Source: Octopus vulgaris (lineage: Eukaryota). From it: a stretch of 64,000 nt of DNA. Of this stretch, positions 58,777 through 64,000 are shown piece by piece. The notes under the pieces were generated by a model. It saw only the letters and a program-made list of their open reading frames with translations. It made no database searches and was not told where the DNA came from. Where the stretch lies: the NCBI GenBank assembly GCA_951406725.2, contig OX597825.1:14198001-14262000 (forward strand), given 5' to 3'. The translations under genes and the position numbers were made by a program. Numbering within the stretch: position 1 is the stretch's first letter; each line of letters opens with the position of its first letter.

Positions 58777-59232
58777 TATAGAGAGGTAGTTAGACAGACA
58801 GACAGTTAGACAGATCGATCGATCGATAGATAGATATGTAAGAAGGAGGTTCGGTAGTCGGGTATGTAGTTATGTACGTAGGTAGGTAAATAAATGATTT
58901 GGTTTGATCGGGTGTTTGCATGTTTGCAGACAGACCGCTTGAAGTGTTATTGAGTGAGCTGATTGATCTCAATACCTATCAAACAGACGAAGATACAACT
59001 AATTTCCAGCAGCACATGAACGAAAACGGTTGCGGTCGACTGCATTCGATATTAATATATTTTAATGAAAGATAAAACTTCAATGTTTTTTAAACCGATA
59101 CGCCATTACATTACACACTCAATAAACAGTGTCCATCTAAAAGTATATATACATAGATATATATACACAAACATACATAGATGTATATATATATATATAT
59201 ATACACACACAAACATACATATGTATATACAT

Positions 59233-59454
59233 ATTCTTTCATTCTTTTGCTTGTTTCAGTCATTTGACTGTGGCCATGCTGCAGCACCGCCTTTAGTCGA
59301 GCAAATCGTCCCCCAGGACTTATTCTTTGTTGTAAGCCAAGTACTTATTCTATCGGTTAATTTTGCCGAACCGCTATTGTACGGGGACGTAAACACACCA
59401 GCATCGGTTGTCAAGCGATGTTGCGGGGGGGGGGGACAAACGCAGACACACAAG

Positions 59455-59526
<72 letters not shown>

Positions 59527-59671
59527 TACGACGGGCTTCTTTCAGTTTCCGTCTACTAAATCCACTCACAAGGCTTTCGTCGGCACGAGGCGATAGTAGA
59601 AGACACTTGCCCAAGATGCCACGCAGTGGGGCTGAACCCGGAACAATGTGGTTGGTAAGCAAGCTACTTAC

Positions 59672-59675
<4 letters not shown>
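59233..59675 (-). mobile_element. SINE family A, near full length
   Basis: Matches the other family A copies; internal (CA)n(TA)n. Confidence 0.9.
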
Positions 59676-59717
<42 letters not shown>

Positions 59718-60399
59718 CGAAAACTTTATAAAAGAGGAAATTGGAATTGATAAATTAGAACAATGTGGGACCAACAATATTGGGACCGTTATTTTGTTTT
59801 GAGCTGTAGTTCCATCCATGACCATTTCATATTATTACTGACTCCGGAGTTGATAAAATATGTTCCGTTAACGCAATTCGATCACTTAACAGACAATTAT
59901 CCTCTGAAAAATATTTTATTGTTAACCAATAATAAAAAGCAATATTATTTCTCATCTTCAAATCTTTAATTTTTTACCACCATACTACATTATTTGAGAG
60001 ATAATTCGTTGTCGGAGGATCGCGGTTTCGATTCCCAGACCGTGCATTGTGTGTGTTTATTGAGCGAAAACATTTAAAGCTCCACGAGGCTGCGGCAGGG
60101 GGTGGTGACGACCCCTGTTGTACTCTTTCGCCCCATCTTTCTCTCACTCTTTCTTCCTGTTTCTTGAGTAACGCTGCGATGGACTGGCGTCCCGTCTAGC
60201 TTGGGGGGAGCACATACACCACAGAAAAAGGCGCATAAAATATTAAAAAATAAATTTAGTTGCTAAAGCCCGTATACTGTATCTAATAAAGACAACAGTA
60301 TTTACCCCTACAAATTTTTCATGGCTGTCAACACGTCAATAACGTCCGTACGGCGAAACAAAGTCACTGAAAATTTATATTTAATAATTTATATACAAA

Positions 60400-60850
60400 C
60401 TAGCTAGCCCCACCGTGTCGTCAAAAATGACGACTAATTGTAGTGTTTTATATATAAGTATGGATGGTAAATCAAATTAATACACTTGTCAGTGTTATCC
60501 AGCGTTTGTCTTTTGACATGTGACATCGATCACCATTTGTTACTGAAAGAACGCTGGTTCACACATACAAACATTCACATACTTACCTTGTACACGCACA
60601 CATACACAGACATATACTCACACAGAGTTGAAATGCTGTTTGATTTTTTTCAGCGTTGAATTTTCACCATCCCATTTCCATTGCACACACACACACACCA
60701 CAAACTCACTACGCACACACACACAAACATTTTCATACACCCGTTTCCTCACACATATACGCCCACAGAGTTGAAATGCTGTTTGATTTTTCTTTTTTCA
60801 GCGTTGAATGTTCACCATTTAACGTATATTGCACACACACAAACACATAC

Positions 60851-60884
<34 letters not shown>

Positions 60885-61087
60885 GCACACACACACACAC
60901 TCACAAACATACACACACACATACACGCACACACAAACCTTCCTTTTACATACACATATACTCACACAGTTGAAACGTCCCACTGCCACTTTGCCATCAC
61001 TCCTTCCTTCCTTACTCGCCTATAACCCCTGCCTTCCTCATTTACATTCTGTGACGGAGAAAACCACAAGAGTATTATTATAGTAGA
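60400..61087 (-). mobile_element. Non-autonomous Helitron-like element (~690 bp)
   Basis: Minus strand begins TCTACTATAATAA and ends with a GTCGTCA/TGACGAC hairpin 13 nt before CTAG followed by T; internal direct repeat at ~60621 and ~60764. Confidence 0.68.
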
Positions 61088-61729
61088 CGATTGTATTTAA
61101 ATTAATATTACATTTCAAGGCATCTCGTTTCGCTGGAGCCAACGATGGAGTCTGTGTGTCGTCCAACTTACTAGAAATAATAGCACAATCTTACCCAAAT
61201 TACATTTTACTCGCTTGAGACTGCTACTACTACTACTACTGCTGCTGCTGTTGATACTACTACTACTATTACTGCTGCTGCTGGTACTACTACTACAACT
61301 ACTACTGCCACTGATACTACTACTACTGCTGCTGCTGTTACTACTACTACTAATGATAATAATAATATTACTACTACTATTGCTGCTGCTGCTGCTGATG
61401 ATGATGATGATACTACTATTTCTACTACTGCTACTGCCTTAACGATTGAAAGAGTGTGGAATTGAAACCCGCATTGTCGACCCGCAGAAAAGTACCGTAC
61501 TTATAGTCTGCAAGAATCGTAAGGAAGACGCTTGAGATTGGAGGAAACATGTTCTCACCAAACATTTAAGATAATGCACCTGCTAACTAAATTAGCATGC
61601 ACTAGTGTAATAAATGACGATGATGATGATGACGACGATGATGATGGCAATGACGATGATAATGATGTTGACGATGATGATAATGATGATGACGATGATG
61701 ATAATGATGATGATGATGACGATCCTTTC

Positions 61730-61940
61730 ACCTATAGGAACAAAAAATAATATTTTCGTGTGAAGGGTGATAGTCGATTATATCGACATCACTACACGAC
61801 GGGTACTTATTTTATCGACTTCGAAAGGAAGAAATGCAAAGTTGACCTCGGTCAAATTTGAATTCAGAACGTAAAGACCTACGAAATGCTGCTAAGCATT
61901 TTGTTCGGCATGCTAGCCATTCCCGCCATCTCAACGTCGT
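61730..61940 (-). mobile_element. Degenerate SINE family B copy
   Basis: ggtacttattttatcgacttcgaaagg core and tttgaattcagaacgtaaagac. Confidence 0.75.
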
Positions 61941-62772
61941 AATGTCACACCTTTTATCACAGACAAATATCGTACGATAATATCAAATTTGTTCTTTATG
62001 GATTCGGTATCATATTTGGGCTGCATCAATATCAAATAGCTTTTGTCGAATCTGCATATTTCAATATAGTTTTTAGAACGTGGTATCGTTAATTTACCTT
62101 AACTTTATGTGATAATAAACAAACACTTTCTCTAGTTACCTATATTTTAGACCTATGTAATTCTTTCATCCATAAGTCACCTTTTCAACCATTATTTGAG
62201 ATATTTATGTTGACACGTACAGAAAATATGTATTGTCTCAAAATCCCATGAGAATATCATGTATTAGCTGACTTAGAAGATGACCTTATATCTGATACAC
62301 AAAGCAGACTTTACAAACAGAAATACTGATTTCCTACACATATTAAACCCTGGCTTAACAATGAAATACAATGAAACACAATACACTCGGCTATCAATAT
62401 AAAGTATTCTATTTCAGTCTCTGCTAGAGAAAATACAATACGTGTCGCTACAAAACACTCGAATATCATTGTTTTGTTATTCCCAATTCGCTCCACACGA
62501 CACATCACCGTATTCAATTTATCCAGCCATTTCTCTCTAGAACGGCAACCATATATTATTGATTTCATTTACGCGTTCATTTTGCTTTGAAATATATATA
62601 AAGAAAATTTCAGTCTCGTTATCAAACTGATTAATTGCTACCGTACATGGATCTGTTTTAACTCTTCTTCTTTTTCTTCTTAAGGAACCGCTGTCAGCAA
62701 CACAAGCAAGAGCAAATTTCATTTTTGGTGTCCGATGACACCCATGACAAGTAGGTGCAAATATTACCAAAA

Positions 62773-62879
<107 letters not shown>

Positions 62880-63030
62880 TTGTGTGTCTGTCTATCTATC
62901 TATTGATCCATCTATCTACCTATCCATTTGTCTGTCTGTCTATCTATCTATTGATCCATCTATCTACCTATCCATTTGTCTGTCTGTCTATCTATCTATC
63001 TATCTATCTATCTACCTATACATTTGTCTG

Positions 63031-63072
<42 letters not shown>

Positions 63073-63759
63073 AATCCATATATCTATCTATATTTCTATC
63101 TATCTGTCTATCTATCTATGCATCCATCCATCTATCTATTCTATCTATCTCTCTATCTATCTATCTACCTATTAAGCTATCTATCAATCTGTCTGTCTGT
63201 CTGTCTCTCAGTCTGTCTATCTATCTATCTATCAAGCTAGCTACCTATCTATCTACCATCGTAGTGTGGGCTAGCTAGCCCATCGTCAACAACATTCTTG
63301 TGTAGGAAAAAGAATTCTACGAAAGTATAGAGTAACCGACCGCTTCGATTAAAATAAAATTGTTTTTATTAGAATTGAACATAAACCCAAACACACACAC
63401 ACGTAATGTTCTTCTTGTGAGAGATATTTGTATTCGAAATGCTTATACAAGTATATTTATGGTCATACTTATCGGTATGTGATAATATTGACCACTGTGT
63501 GTGCTTTATCGATTTGCAAAGACACCAGCATCAATACAATTCATCTTCAGCAGCCGAATATTTGTGAAAGATGCTCTATGAACATCTGCCTTTCTGAAAA
63601 ATGCCCGCTCATGAGAATGAAGCATTAAGAAGTAAATTGCGAATGGCTATAAATAAGAATATTTAGACTATATAGGATTACTTCCAAGTATGTCTTGATT
63701 TGGCGTACACTTATGAATCTAGATACACACACATATGTATATATGTATGTTCATATATA

Positions 63760-64000
63760 ATTATTTATTGCTCACAAGGGGCTAAACATAGAGGGTACAA
63801 ACAAGGACAGACAAACGGATTAAGTCGATTATATCGACCCCAGTGCGTAACTGGTACTTGTTTAATCGACCCCGAAAGGATGAAAAGCAAAAGTCGACCT
63901 CAATGGAATTTGAACTCAGAACGTAGCAGCAGACGAAATACCTATTTCTTTATTAACCACAACGGGCTAAACACAAAGAGGACAAACAAGGACAGACAAA
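63760..64000 (-). mobile_element. Two joined SINE family B copies, cut by the window end
   Basis: Junction gacgaaatacc|tatttctttatt at ~63942, same position as at ~53900. Confidence 0.85.

Noticed and set aside
62640-62725. Minus-strand MKFALACVADSGSLRRKRRRVKTDPCT with a possible donor site
   Set aside because: The basic stretch comes from an (AGA)n run, the donor is weak and no convincing partner exon was found.

Overview
AT-rich, microsatellite-saturated non-coding DNA of an animal, most likely an octopus (inferred from the dominant tRNA-derived SINE families). No host protein-coding gene is supported: nearly all listed ORFs are translations of simple repeats or decayed transposons. The window holds one intron-containing tRNA-Ile(TAT) gene, many SINE copies, several mariner/Tc1-superfamily remnants and MITEs, Dong/R4-type retrotransposon fragments embedded in (TAA)n, CR1-like and Tx1-like LINE ends, and Helitron-like elements. 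The most notable signal is at least six unrelated short element families that each carry a minimal type I hammerhead ribozyme motif with a palindromic stem III. Several have non-canonical cores (U6; U3-A8 swap; U3-G8) and occur as tandem units (237 and 356 nt) or inverted pairs, as expected for Penelope-like elements or retrozymes. All calls were made by eye; element boundaries are approximate unless a TSD or TIR is quoted.
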